DNA of 64,000 nt from Isurus oxyrinchus (lineage: Eukaryota). Below the pieces are notes generated by a model. The model was not told where the DNA came from, made no database searches, and saw nothing but the letters and a program-made list of their open reading frames with translations. The stretch is from positions 8,928,001 to 8,992,000 of the forward strand of contig JANJGN010000038.1 in assembly GCA_026770705.1 (NCBI GenBank), read 5' to 3'. The translations under genes were made by a program, and so were the position numbers. Below are positions 53,311 through 64,000 of this stretch, in pieces (position 1 is the stretch's first letter; the number at the start of each line of letters is the position of its first letter).

Positions 53311-56045
53311 ACATATTGCGTGTTAGCTTTCTCTAGATTGTGTACCCGAGCAGCCAAATTATGAAAATTTACAATTTTTACCAGTTTCTCGACTGTTTAA
53401 ACGCTGGATGAGGATAGAATGAAACTCGTCTGTGTTATTATCTCAGGGAAACTGAAGATTCTGGTGCAATATTAACACAGGGCTTTGATGCATGTTTAAA
53501 TTAATATGTCAGATAATTCATAAAATTAATGGTCCTGGCCTCCTATTTGGTGGCGATACTCGGATAATCAGCGCTGATTGTAAATGTAATTAAAGCCGTA
53601 TCTTTTTCCACCCTTGCAGCTTGTTTTTCTTGCCTCCATAGCGGGGTGGGGGAAATGAGCTGTGTACGAGGTGCGTAGATGGCGGGTGGTCAGCAGTTGG
53701 GATGGGGATGGGTGAGTAGTTAATGTGCTTTGCAGTCGGTTGGGGGTTGAATGGACGGGCGATGGCTAGTGAGAGCTGTGCAAGTGGATCGAGGGGAAGG
53801 CAATCGAGTCAGATTAGATATTCTGGGGTCAGTAGTTGGGGGTGTTGTGGGTTGTTGTGTGTGGGATGAATGTGGGAGTTCTGTAGGTGGGGGTTGGGCG
53901 TGCATGGGCTTTGCTTGAAAGTTATTCACTGACACATGCTAGAAATTAATAGCGGGAAAATACTACGCCAAGCATCTGTCACACAACAGGCACAACAGTC
54001 CAACACTAAAGTCAGTATTGGAGTCATTGTTAGAGGGGCCTGGGCAATACAAATCTGCCCATCTGAAGTTTAAAGTTCATGGGAAATTACCATGCATGCT
54101 CCTGGATCAAGATTTCAGATCGGTCCTGATATGCAGAGCGGCAGACATTGCAATATTCACCACTGTTGGCATCAGGAGTTCCGGTTAATGATATAGTCAG
54201 TATTAATTTCACGGCAATGGACTCCAGACACCAGCTGCAGATAGAGGGAAATTACACAAGAGCGAAATGGAGATCAGGTCAAAAAAGGCTGGCTTAGGGT
54301 GAATAACAATAAAGAACACATTTTAAGAATTATCTTAAAGGATGATAAGTTTGTGGCGAGGACAAAGGATTTCGGAGGAAATTCAGAACATGAAACTCTT
54401 AATACTTCATTGTGGTCACCCATGCCAAAGGCTGCAGACATGTCGACAAAAGGGAAGAGAGGCAGCTCGACATTAGCAGAGTCACATAAGATATAATTTG
54501 TGCCTTTGCTAAGGACGGTGTAAGAGTTGTAATAAGGTAGAAAAATGGTTAGAAAGATTTAAGCATGGTGTCCCTGGAAGATGGGGCAGAAACGTGGGGG
54601 GTAGCAGCAGGGACAAGGAATTTGTAGAGGAAAGAGAGGTTAGAGATGGAGTGTTTGCTTACAAAGACTGAGGCAACAGGGGTTGCTTATTTACAAGGGC
54701 AGGGGTAATGACTACAGAATGGAGCAGCAAAGAACAGTGGCTAAGCAGATGGAACTATTAACTATATCAGCAACTGAGGAACATGATGAGGAAGTTCGGT
54801 GTTCAGCAGTTTGGTGGGAGTACGGTGAACCAGTCCCCACCAGCAGCCACCCCTCCGCCCACACCCTACACCATGCCTCCCACCAACCCAATCAAACGCC
54901 TGGAAATCTCACATCTGAAACATAATGGAATGCTCACTACTCATCAGTATGGTTATCAGAGCAACACCCAATAAGCAGAATCACCTTCAATAATGGAATA
55001 GATTTTCCATCAGTGTCCGTCCATCATTATACTTGCTATTTCTCCACCTCCACCTCTGTGGATGCAGGAAGAATGTCTACAGAATCAACTACAACAACAC
55101 ACCGGGGCTACTTCGACAGCACGTACCAGGACAGCAAAATGCAGAAGGCGTGCAATGCCGTGAGATTCACCTTCTCTAACGCACCATCCTGACTTGGAAC
55201 GGTAACATCTCCCTTCATCAGTGTTCCGGAATTCCCTAACAGCAGGTAGGAGCACAGTCAGCAGAGGGAATACTTCAGTTCAGCAAGAAGACTCAGCACC
55301 AACTTCTCAGCTCACTTCCAGATGGGTAATAAATGGAAGTTTGTCACAAGCATCCATTTCCCAAGGACACATTTTGAAAAAAAAACTTTGAGAGGGGGAT
55401 AATGATTTGCAGCTCTAAATAACGTCATGCAGAGACAAGGGAAGGAAATTAAGTCTGTGGACAGAAATGGGAACGGAGCCAATTGTTGGTGAGGGGAGCA
55501 AATATTGTTGAACAATTATTACATTTTAAATTCTCTCCTAAATATCTAAATTTGGTTATTGTTAGGCAAAGCGGGAGATGGTGGAATGGAATTTGCCTGG
55601 AGCTGAATCATTATGTGAGATCTTCCCTCGTTCCTGTCTGCCCTAATTTCCGCAGATCAGTGCAAATTACTATCTGCATCGCACTGCAAAACCAATACCT
55701 GCGCAACATATTCTGCTCAGATATTGGGGTTCAGTTTAAACAGCAGACTGCAGCTGTTCAATAGCTATAATTCATCACTAATATTTATTGCATAAAATAT
55801 TATACCAGCCAAATTCTGAAGAAAAAAATCATTTGAAGCAAGTCTTGAGATATACAAACGGTCCAATGAACTGTGAACAGTGAATCAGCAACTGCTGAAA
55901 TGCTACTTCACAGAAGCACAGGGCATTACATGTCACAGGACACAAGAATTACAGAGAATAAAATTAATTAACTTACGTTAAGGGCAAGGACAACAAACAT
56001 GATGAAAGATGTTTTATAAAATAAGTTTCTAAAATAATCACTCAC

Positions 56046-56142
56046 CAGGAATGCCAACAGCAGCGAGGAGCGGATAGTAAATCCTTTGCAAATCATAAAT
56101 CACCCAGACAATCCGAAGTTCAGTTGGAATTTCAAAGAACAT
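56046..56142 (-). CDS. GPR139-like GPCR gene 3, exon 1
   Basis: First in-frame ATG at 56142: MFFEIPTELRIVWVIYDLQRIYYPLLAAVGIP, then G|GTGAG phase-1 donor at the same codon position as genes 1 and 2. Confidence 0.82.
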
Positions 56143-56233
56143 GATCTCATTTGCTGTGAGATCCAATGATCGCTGTTTATACTGGCGACCACACTCTGTC
56201 AAACACTGATATACACATTGAAAACATTGCCTA

Positions 56234-56295
56234 GATATAGGCGGAGGAGAGTCCTGGTGATTCAATTAAACAATACACTGGCTGGCATTAATTAC
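56234..56295 (-). promoter_or_regulatory. Core promoter module of GPCR gene 3
   Basis: Minus strand: GTAATTAATG at 56295, TAATTG at 56268, ATCACCAGGA at 56261, TATATC at 56239. Offsets (0/27/34/56) are identical to gene 2. Confidence 0.6.
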
Positions 56296-56759
56296 AGTCA
56301 CTTAACAAACAAGATGCCTTAACCCTTTCATCCCATCACTTTGTATGGAAAAAATATACTAAAAACTACATGGCATTCCTGTCAAGATAATTTATTCAAA
56401 GCAAGCACGTGACGTCAGCCACTTTTGTGATAAACAGGTTATGGAATTCTGCAGGCTTGCAGCACAGATAAGAAAAGAAAAACAGACTCAAATCCAGAGC
56501 TTTGATTATTCCGGAGATAAAATGCTGCCAAACAATTTCATGGTTTCAATTAATTTCTCAGGGGATGAACACAAGTGCCAGAGTATGGTCAGAAGCAGTA
56601 ACTGTCCAAAAGGATGCATAGTTGATCATTGTCTAGTGATCAGAAAGGGAAATAGTAGACTGATGATTTGAAACTGCTTGGTTTAACAGTAAACGTAAAA
56701 CTGATGCTATGGATCAACAATTACCATGGAAATGATATGAGAGTTTAACTTTAAAGCTG

Positions 56760-57270
56760 ACCTGGAAAATGATGCCCCGTTGTAACTAAACCCTGTAATT
56801 GAAATCCATGGAATATTAGTGTCCATGTGAATGACACTACACAATCTAAAATGACTTTGTACCTGACACCACGGACTTACAGTGACCATGCAACTAATAC
56901 CTGGTCATACAGTGCTCATTTGAATTATGCATAGGTCCATCAGTGGGCTTCCTACAGATACTGTTGTCAAACGGTGACCATGGGATTGAAATATGGTATC
57001 CTATTCGCCTTGTACCCGAAACTTCGCTGTAACTGATAATCGAGTACAACAGTGACGTTGTAACTGATATCCCGATCTTACATTGACCATGTACATGACA
57101 TTCCAGTCTATCAGTGCTATGCTAACTGATAATTCAGTCTAACAGTGGCTTTGTACCGGATACCCCAATTTGAACGTGAATATGTACCTGACGCCCCGGT
57201 CTAACTCTGACCTTGGAACTGGTATACCAGTTTAATAGTAAATTTGTACCTGATACTGCGGTGAAAAATT
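56760..57270. repeat. Minisatellite, ~31-32-bp unit
   Basis: Repeated gtaactgatacccc.gtctaacagtgaccat-like unit. Confidence 0.7.
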
Positions 57271-60200
57271 CACCTTCTGTTACCCATGGCTAGTGTCATA
57301 ATTCAGCTGATTTTCAATCCAATTGTTAGTTTTAGGAATTAAAGATTTAACTGTAGGCAGAGGGGATATCTGGTGGCAAAAACTGGTAAAAGCAGCCGTA
57401 AATTAAATGCAATTTAACCAACTTTGAAGTTTATTATTCTTAAAAGTTTGGAGCCATGTTGACCTAAGAGGCTCACAGCTAAAATTACAAGATCATGATA
57501 ATGTGGGCGCTTTTAATTAGCTAAGGACAAGGAGGCAGACCTTTGAAGTTATTCCAGTAAATAAAAAGCTTGTTACGTAGTTTCCCAAGATTAAGGTAAG
57601 TTTTGGAGCTAACAGGTAGTTAAATTGCATTTCTCAGTGGTAACAGACCTTGTGTATCACTTGAGGATCGGTGAAGCTCAGTTGAGATTTTAGAACAAGG
57701 TGGAGTGAAGGAAACGTATTTGTCATCAGAATTCAGTTCAAATTCTGGGTGTTTGCTTAAAGAATTAAATCTTTTGTCATCTTCAGAGTTTTTTCAACGC
57801 TGATTTAAATGTCTGGTTTGGCCAAGCTAAGGGAGCAGAGAAGGAATGATTTATAGATACAACCCTCCATAGTCGGAGATGATCACAGCAAGGGGAGCCC
57901 TGGCTGGAGGCCGCTACATCGCCAGAGACAGCGATGTTGAAAGGTGTGGGGGTCCTCTGCCAGTCCGTGGCCTCTCAATGTTGTTACGGGCTGCCTTCTC
58001 CTGAAAGCACAGAGGAGCATTCATTAGTCCACATCCAACATGCAGCGCCATTACAGCCTGGCGAAGGCCAGCATTGGGGCGCCTTGCAGGCCACATCCAT
58101 ATCATGGCCGGTGATTCGCATGGCACTCAGTCAAAGCAGCCAAAGCTCAGCAACTTGGCCAGAGCCGGAGTGATTGACAGTTAGGACTCAGGTCCTGACA
58201 CGCTGAACTGCATGGGGAGGGCGGCTAGTTCAAAACAATTCCACACACTGACTGATGCCAACACAGCAATCATCTTTTCCGAGTGTAGCAGGTCAATCAA
58301 ACGCCTCTGGCACTGCACCCAGGTGTGCATTATGGCTGTTCACCGAGGCTGCCACTTCCTCCCAATGCTTCTTTGTGAGGTTTCGAGGTGTCCTCCTTCC
58401 ATCTCTTCAGACAAGGGTGTCCCTTCCGGCAGCCACGCCCTCCATGAGGTCAGCGAGGCACACCTCAGTAAAACTGGGGGCCGAATGCCCAAACAACATG
58501 CCCTCCCGCCTGGTGTTTGCTGCCGCACAGGAGTCTATCTTTGCAACAGCAGACAGACGTCATTCTCCAGCAGCCTTCCTGGGGCTGCCTGGGCCGTTTT
58601 CAAACTGGCGGCCGGATCGCCATTGGACCCGGCGGCCGAGAGGCTCCCATTCCCCCTCGGCCCCTCCAACCTGTCACCAGCTGAGTTTCACGCGGGGTGG
58701 CCCTTAATTGAGCTGCCAGCGTGAAATTGCTTTCCGGCCCTGATCGCGGGCTGGCAGTCGCGTTCCGGAAAGCTCCTGTCCACCTCTCTATGCCCACCCA
58801 ATGAGGACAAAACTCCTCCCTTTGACCCAGTGGCCATTGGTAAAACCCCCATCTCTTTCATCATAAACTGCACTCTCTATAGCGTGATGGAGAATTGAGA
58901 GTTTAATTTGAGTCCATTTTACTTTGGAAATAGGTTCAGACTTCGTGACCTGCTGAGAAACCTATAAGTCCACACCTGGGCTGTGTAATTAGCCTGCCAT
59001 GTGTGCAGGAGAGAATTCACCAACTGTCCAACCTGCTGAGGTTCTAGTGGCTCTATGCAGACCAAGCGATGTGGCTTAATTGGTTAATCACCATTTAGAT
59101 CCAAGTTCACTCACACGTTCCACCAATGAAGGCATAATTGCATTCAGATACAGTAAGAGCAAGAAGAGATCTACTGCCCCTCCTCAATACTGTCTCATAC
59201 ATACAACCACACCGGTGAGTAGCTGTTACCCACTCCCAATGACTTCAATCTTCCATTTCACTTGGTGACTCATTGACACAGCGATACCAAAGAGTGGACC
59301 TGCAACAGTCCGGGCTGTGGCCAGGCGTTACTTTCTGCTTATGCACTAGAGTATTCACATTGTTAAGAGGTCAAATATCTCTTTGGCGTTTCTGTGGGAT
59401 TTCAACCAGCAAATATCACTGCGAATGAGATATCATGCACCTGTTCCAGCTCTGAGATGGGCTGTGCATAGTTGCCCTTCACAATGAGACACGAACATCC
59501 TTGAGTAATGGGGGGAGGGCACTGGAATATATAGATATATTTTTTCAGAATATCTCTTAGAGAGAAAAATGCCTGATCTATAATTTACATCATTATATGA
59601 CTCTAGAAAAAGAGGATATAGAACGTTTTGAAAATTGACTCATGGGAATTTGAAGTCGTTCCTGTGCTGTAAGTTCACTATTGTGTCACATAGTTTGAGC
59701 TATCGAAGTCTTAGAGCAATTTCGGACCTCAATTAGTTGCTTATCGAAAATATTACAATAGCTTCCAGAAAGAACCTGAATTGGCATCAAATTTGCAAAC
59801 ACAAAAATAGTTTCAAGCCCCTGGAAGAGTAACGATTGGGGTTTGGAATTAAAATTATTCTAGGATTTATCCAGTTTACTCTATTTATTTTTGAGTGACA
59901 TGGGTTGAAAGATGCTGTTCAGAGTCCGGAGATTTGCAAGCATTTTTAAATTATGTAAATTGAGGATTTCCCTCACCATCCATTGCTCCTTGTTCATGCC
60001 TCTACTGGTATCTTCTATTTAACTAACTTAGCCAGCCGTCACGCGTAGCTAATTGTGGACACAGATGTGACTGGTAACTGATCAGTCACTGGACCAAAGA
60101 GTAATAGATAATCGTTGAGCATGTGACCTTGATATTCATCACCAAGCGATGTATAAAAGATCAACTTAACACAGTTGCGTGTTTGCCTTCTGAAATGTTA

Positions 60201-60534
60201 GGCATAAAAGCCTGTGTTTGGGGATCGTTATGGCCTTGGTAACAGCTTGAATGTAAACGTTTGTTAAGTGAATATGAACCTGAACTGTTTGAGGGAACAA
60301 CTGCAGCGCCACCACTAGCGATACACGGTGGTGGTGGTATCACGGGTGTATGAGCAATATTTACTCCCCTCCTCCTTGCACCCTGACAGAGTTGTTGGGT
60401 TCTCCATTTTGATAGACTGTGCATTAATAAAATAAGTCAAAATAGCAGGCAATGTTCTTGCAGTTTGTCCGCTTCTATTTCCATTTAAAACGACATAAAA
60501 TATATACAGATACATACGTGTTGATTTCGAAATG

Positions 60535-60650
60535 CATGTGGTTGTGTGGGTACGTGCGTGTTTGCGTGTGTGCAAGCGCGCCTATGTGTGTACGCGTGTG
60601 TGTTTGTTTGTGTAGCCTCTTTGACAAGTGTCTGTGCGCATGCCTGCCTG
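60535..60650. repeat. (TG)n-like microsatellite
   Basis: Degenerate tgtgtg/cgtg tract. Confidence 0.75.
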
Positions 60651-63550
60651 TGTTATTATAGTTCAGATCTTCAACATTTTTTTTGACCAAGAGTCTGTTT
60701 ATCTCGGCCTTGATGCCAGGTCATTTTAATCTGGCTCTTTCTATGCAAGGAGGTGGGAATGTGACACATAAGTTTTCGTTTAACGTTGTGTGGTCTACGG
60801 TTAAACTATGTCATCAAATAGCAGATGACAAGATTCACTGGAGCAGGAAGCATGATTTATGCTGCCAGAGAGTAACTGAGAGCTGTTAATTACCTTTGAT
60901 CATAGATCCGTTGGTTTCTCTGACAATAAACTAAGAAGCGGGTATCCAACGACCCCTCCAGCTTGCAGCAGTTATAATCATTCAAAGGATTTCATTACAA
61001 TTGTTTATCTTCCTTAACTTCTCCTTGCGCTTTTAGAACATAAAAAATTAAACATCTTATTGATTGGAGAATGCTTACAGGCCTGATTCTTTGTTCCAAA
61101 TTTCTGTGAATTTCATGCTGTACGAGTGAAATTTTAACAGAGCAGAAGTTGAAAATTCAAAAGACCTTTACAACTCCTGGATCTTCATCAAGCATCGTAA
61201 ATACATGGAAAGAAAAAATCACGTTTATATCTCTTTCTTAAGATGTTATTTAAACAGATTCTGTATTTTCCTCTAACTCTATCACTAGATTAAAGGAGTG
61301 ACTATTCTTCACTAGATACGCCCTTGTCGTTAAGCAACCTGGGACACTCTGAACTATTGAAGGACTTTATATAATTTCAGAAGGTGCTGTCTCCCAGTAA
61401 CTATGAATGAATAATGAGATGGAATTGTGAAATGAATGTACAGCTTCTTTCCACTAATTGTCAGTTTCTATGCCTTTTTCCCTTTCCCTTGTCTAGGACT
61501 CTCCTTCAATTTATCTCTGTCTATTTGACTCTGTATCTATCCTTAACTCTTTTTTTTTCTCATTTGCTCGCCTTGATCTCTCTGTGTGATGAATATTCTC
61601 GCTCTCGCTCTGGTTAATTAGGCCAGGGTTGTTTCTAGATCGATTATTGCTCTGACATGGAATTCATAGCTGTGCAATGGATTAGCTCCGATTCAATACA
61701 ATGAAGACTAAATCCATCCCTCACTTTTGATTCAGTACTCGGAGGAACATAGTGTTTTTTTGAGTTGTCATTTTGTATCTATAGCTCTCTGTCAGTCTTC
61801 GAATTAAATACGTACAGAGAGAAAGGGAAGAGCCAAAAATATGCAGGAGAACAATGTCTTTATATTTTTTTTCTCAGTTCAAACTGGTTAATAACAAAGA
61901 CTAATCAACAGAGTTTGTGAAGCCGTCACAAGAGATTTTGATAAGGAGTGTAACGAAGCTTTGCTGCAAATATATAAGATTTTGCTAACAACACATTTGG
62001 AGAACTGTGCTCAGTTTTGGTCCACCTAACTGGGGCTGGGTAGCTCTGCCATAGATTGGTGCAACCAGATTCACCAGTCTCATTACAGCACGGAGCCGGA
62101 AAGGAGGGGAGGGGGGCGCTGTGGTGGCGGGGTTGGGGAGGGCGGAGTGGTGGGGGCGGGGAGGGAGGCATTCGACATACACAGTCTTTGCCAGACCTCC
62201 GGAGAGCAAACCAGTCAGATCAGCAATTTCAGCTTCATCTTCTTCGTCTTCTTCTTCATCATCATGAGAAACTAGTCAGCCTGAACCTATCAGGGTCAAG
62301 CTGTCTGGCTTAAATTTCAAACAATTCTTGGCAGTTAACTGTCCTTCGCCATAGGTGGTGCATTATTCAGGAAAATGCCACTTGCCATCCAATCATCATT
62401 CTCCTCACATACAGTATAAATTGTGCTCCCCCCTCCCACGTATTTTTATTCTTACGAGTTTCCTGATGAGTGCAGGGTGATAAGCTGAGACCTGTCTCTT
62501 TTTCAGAAATACTCAAGTTCTGTCCGAACAAAAACCAAAGTGTATTCTTTCTGCATTGAATAACAGTGCGCAGTGTTGATTGTTATATGAGTGTCCATGA
62601 CACCAATGTTATACTGGTGTCCATCACACAACTTGCATCTGGTAAGGAACAGCATTAATTGGAGTCAATGAAATATTAAAGATCAATTGTGTCTATTAAC
62701 TGACAAATGCCATTGATGTACCTCGATATTGAGGCCGGGCTATAGATATGAATTTGGATTTTTTAAAATTTTGATTCGTTGCCTTTGTTTGTCTGCCCCA
62801 CCCCTGCCAGCATCGCACCTATCGGCTGCTGGAAGACATCAAACTCAGGAAACTTCCATTTGCAATTTTTGTGTTGTTTATAAATCTCGGAGTCATACTC
62901 ATGTGCAGCTAAAAGTGGTGGTAGGATGTAACAGATATCTTGAATATACATCACATACTTCCGTACAGCATGGAATTCTGACACAGGATACAACTTCAAC
63001 ATGTCTTCTGATCGCCAGTGTGTCTTCTGGACAAGAATAATATTCGTCAAAGTGTTCCTTTTCCTGATAAATGTTCAACCAAGTAAGTATTTCATGCGAT
63101 TGTAACGCTTTTATTTTGTTAACTGTATTGTTATTTTTCCTCCAATTTTTCTTCACTCCATTGGTGAGGTCAGCTTCCTCGACTTCGCTCACTGGTCAGT
63201 GAGTGTTCGTACAGTATCTAAATTAGTCACAAGCTGACCCGTCACTGTCTCAGTGGGCCGGAGAAGGGCTTCTCTATTTCCAGCAGAAATGGTAGCCTTG
63301 GCTGAACACTGCCAGAAGAAATTTACACCGATGATGGCCTGGGATCAGTTAACTGAGGGGTGAAATCGCTGAAGCTCCCTGTTTTTGTTGTTGTCTTCAC
63401 ACTCGAAATGCAGTCAACCGTTGTATTGAAGGGAATGATTTAACGTGAGCTCGTGTGTGTGCGCGTGTGCGTGTGCATTGGAAAGCCTATTTCGTCCAAA
63501 TGAAAAAAATCTAAAAGTTGCATTGATAACATTCTGTTATTGTTTTCCAG

Positions 63551-63858
63551 AATACGGCCAACAGGAGAGACTTTCCCAAACACCCTCAATTGTAGCAGTG
63601 AGTGAAGGAGATACTGCGGTGTTGTCATGTATCTACCCAGCGACATACACAGCTGCTTACCTATTCTGGTACGTACAGTACTCGGGAAAAGGCCTTCAGT
63701 ATATGCTGCTCAGACACACGGCTGGGAATGAAGAGAATGCACCAGCTTTTGCAAAGCGCTTTTCAGCCGTACAGGATAGGAGCAACACAAACATCCCTTT
63801 GAACATCACAGACAACCAGCTCTCTGACTCAGCCGTGTATTACTGCGCGGCTATGAAG
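63551..63858 (+). CDS. T-cell receptor alpha/delta-type variable (V) gene segment, V exon
   Basis: Acceptor tgttttccAG| at 63550, phase 1. Open frame EYGQQERLSQTP...GDTAVLSC...YLFWYVQYSGKGLQYML...KRFS...LNITDNQLSDSAVYYCAAMK carries all V-set hallmarks. No J region; directly followed by an RSS. Confidence 0.88.
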
Positions 63859-63897
63859 CACCACGTTACATAAACCCTTACCACTGGTACAAAAACT
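63859..63897 (+). other. Recombination signal sequence (23-RSS) with variant heptamer
   Basis: Heptamer CACCACG 63859-63865, exact 23-nt spacer 63866-63888, nonamer ACAAAAACT 63889-63897. Confidence 0.8.
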
Positions 63898-64000
63898 ATC
63901 AGCTCCAGTTGTTGTGAATTCTCTGAATTCCCTGCTTCAATCAGCCGTCACACTGCTGTTATTCCTTTACAGATTTGTGGATCAGTGGTGGCACTCTGGC

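Noticed and set aside
56405-56417. E-box/CRE (CACGTGACGTCA) upstream of GPCR gene 3
   Set aside because: Not seen at the equivalent position in genes 1 or 2, and a single short motif is insufficient evidence.
57900-58870. GC-rich stretch with overlapping ORFs up to 170 aa
   Set aside because: No recognisable protein motif. Most likely a repeat-derived segment with composition-driven ORFs.

Overview
Vertebrate genomic DNA, almost certainly from a cartilaginous fish (shark/ray), judged from the shark-type IgM transmembrane exon, the GPR139-like expansion and the repeat content. The window is repeat-rich, with CR1- and L2-type LINE remnants, a tRNA-derived SINE, Penelope-like elements and minisatellites. 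It contains four main things. (i) A cluster of two-exon class A GPCR genes of the GPR139/GPR142-like family: two intact genes (13711-15938 -, 49880-56142 -), one with a late nonsense codon (31307-33675 +) and one truncated fragment. (ii) Two paralogous IgM-type TM1+TM2 exon cassettes with no recognisable IgH constant exons in the window. (iii) A TCR alpha/delta-type V segment with a 23-bp-spacer RSS at the right end. (iv) Several heavily decayed V/C1-type IgSF remnants (low confidence). The most notable observation is that all three full-length GPCR genes share a fixed-spacing promoter module (homeodomain site, second homeodomain site, O/E-EBF-like site, TATA). This resembles olfactory-receptor promoters and suggests an unrecognised chemosensory receptor family interleaved with an antigen-receptor locus. 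Repeat boundaries are approximate and were read by eye.
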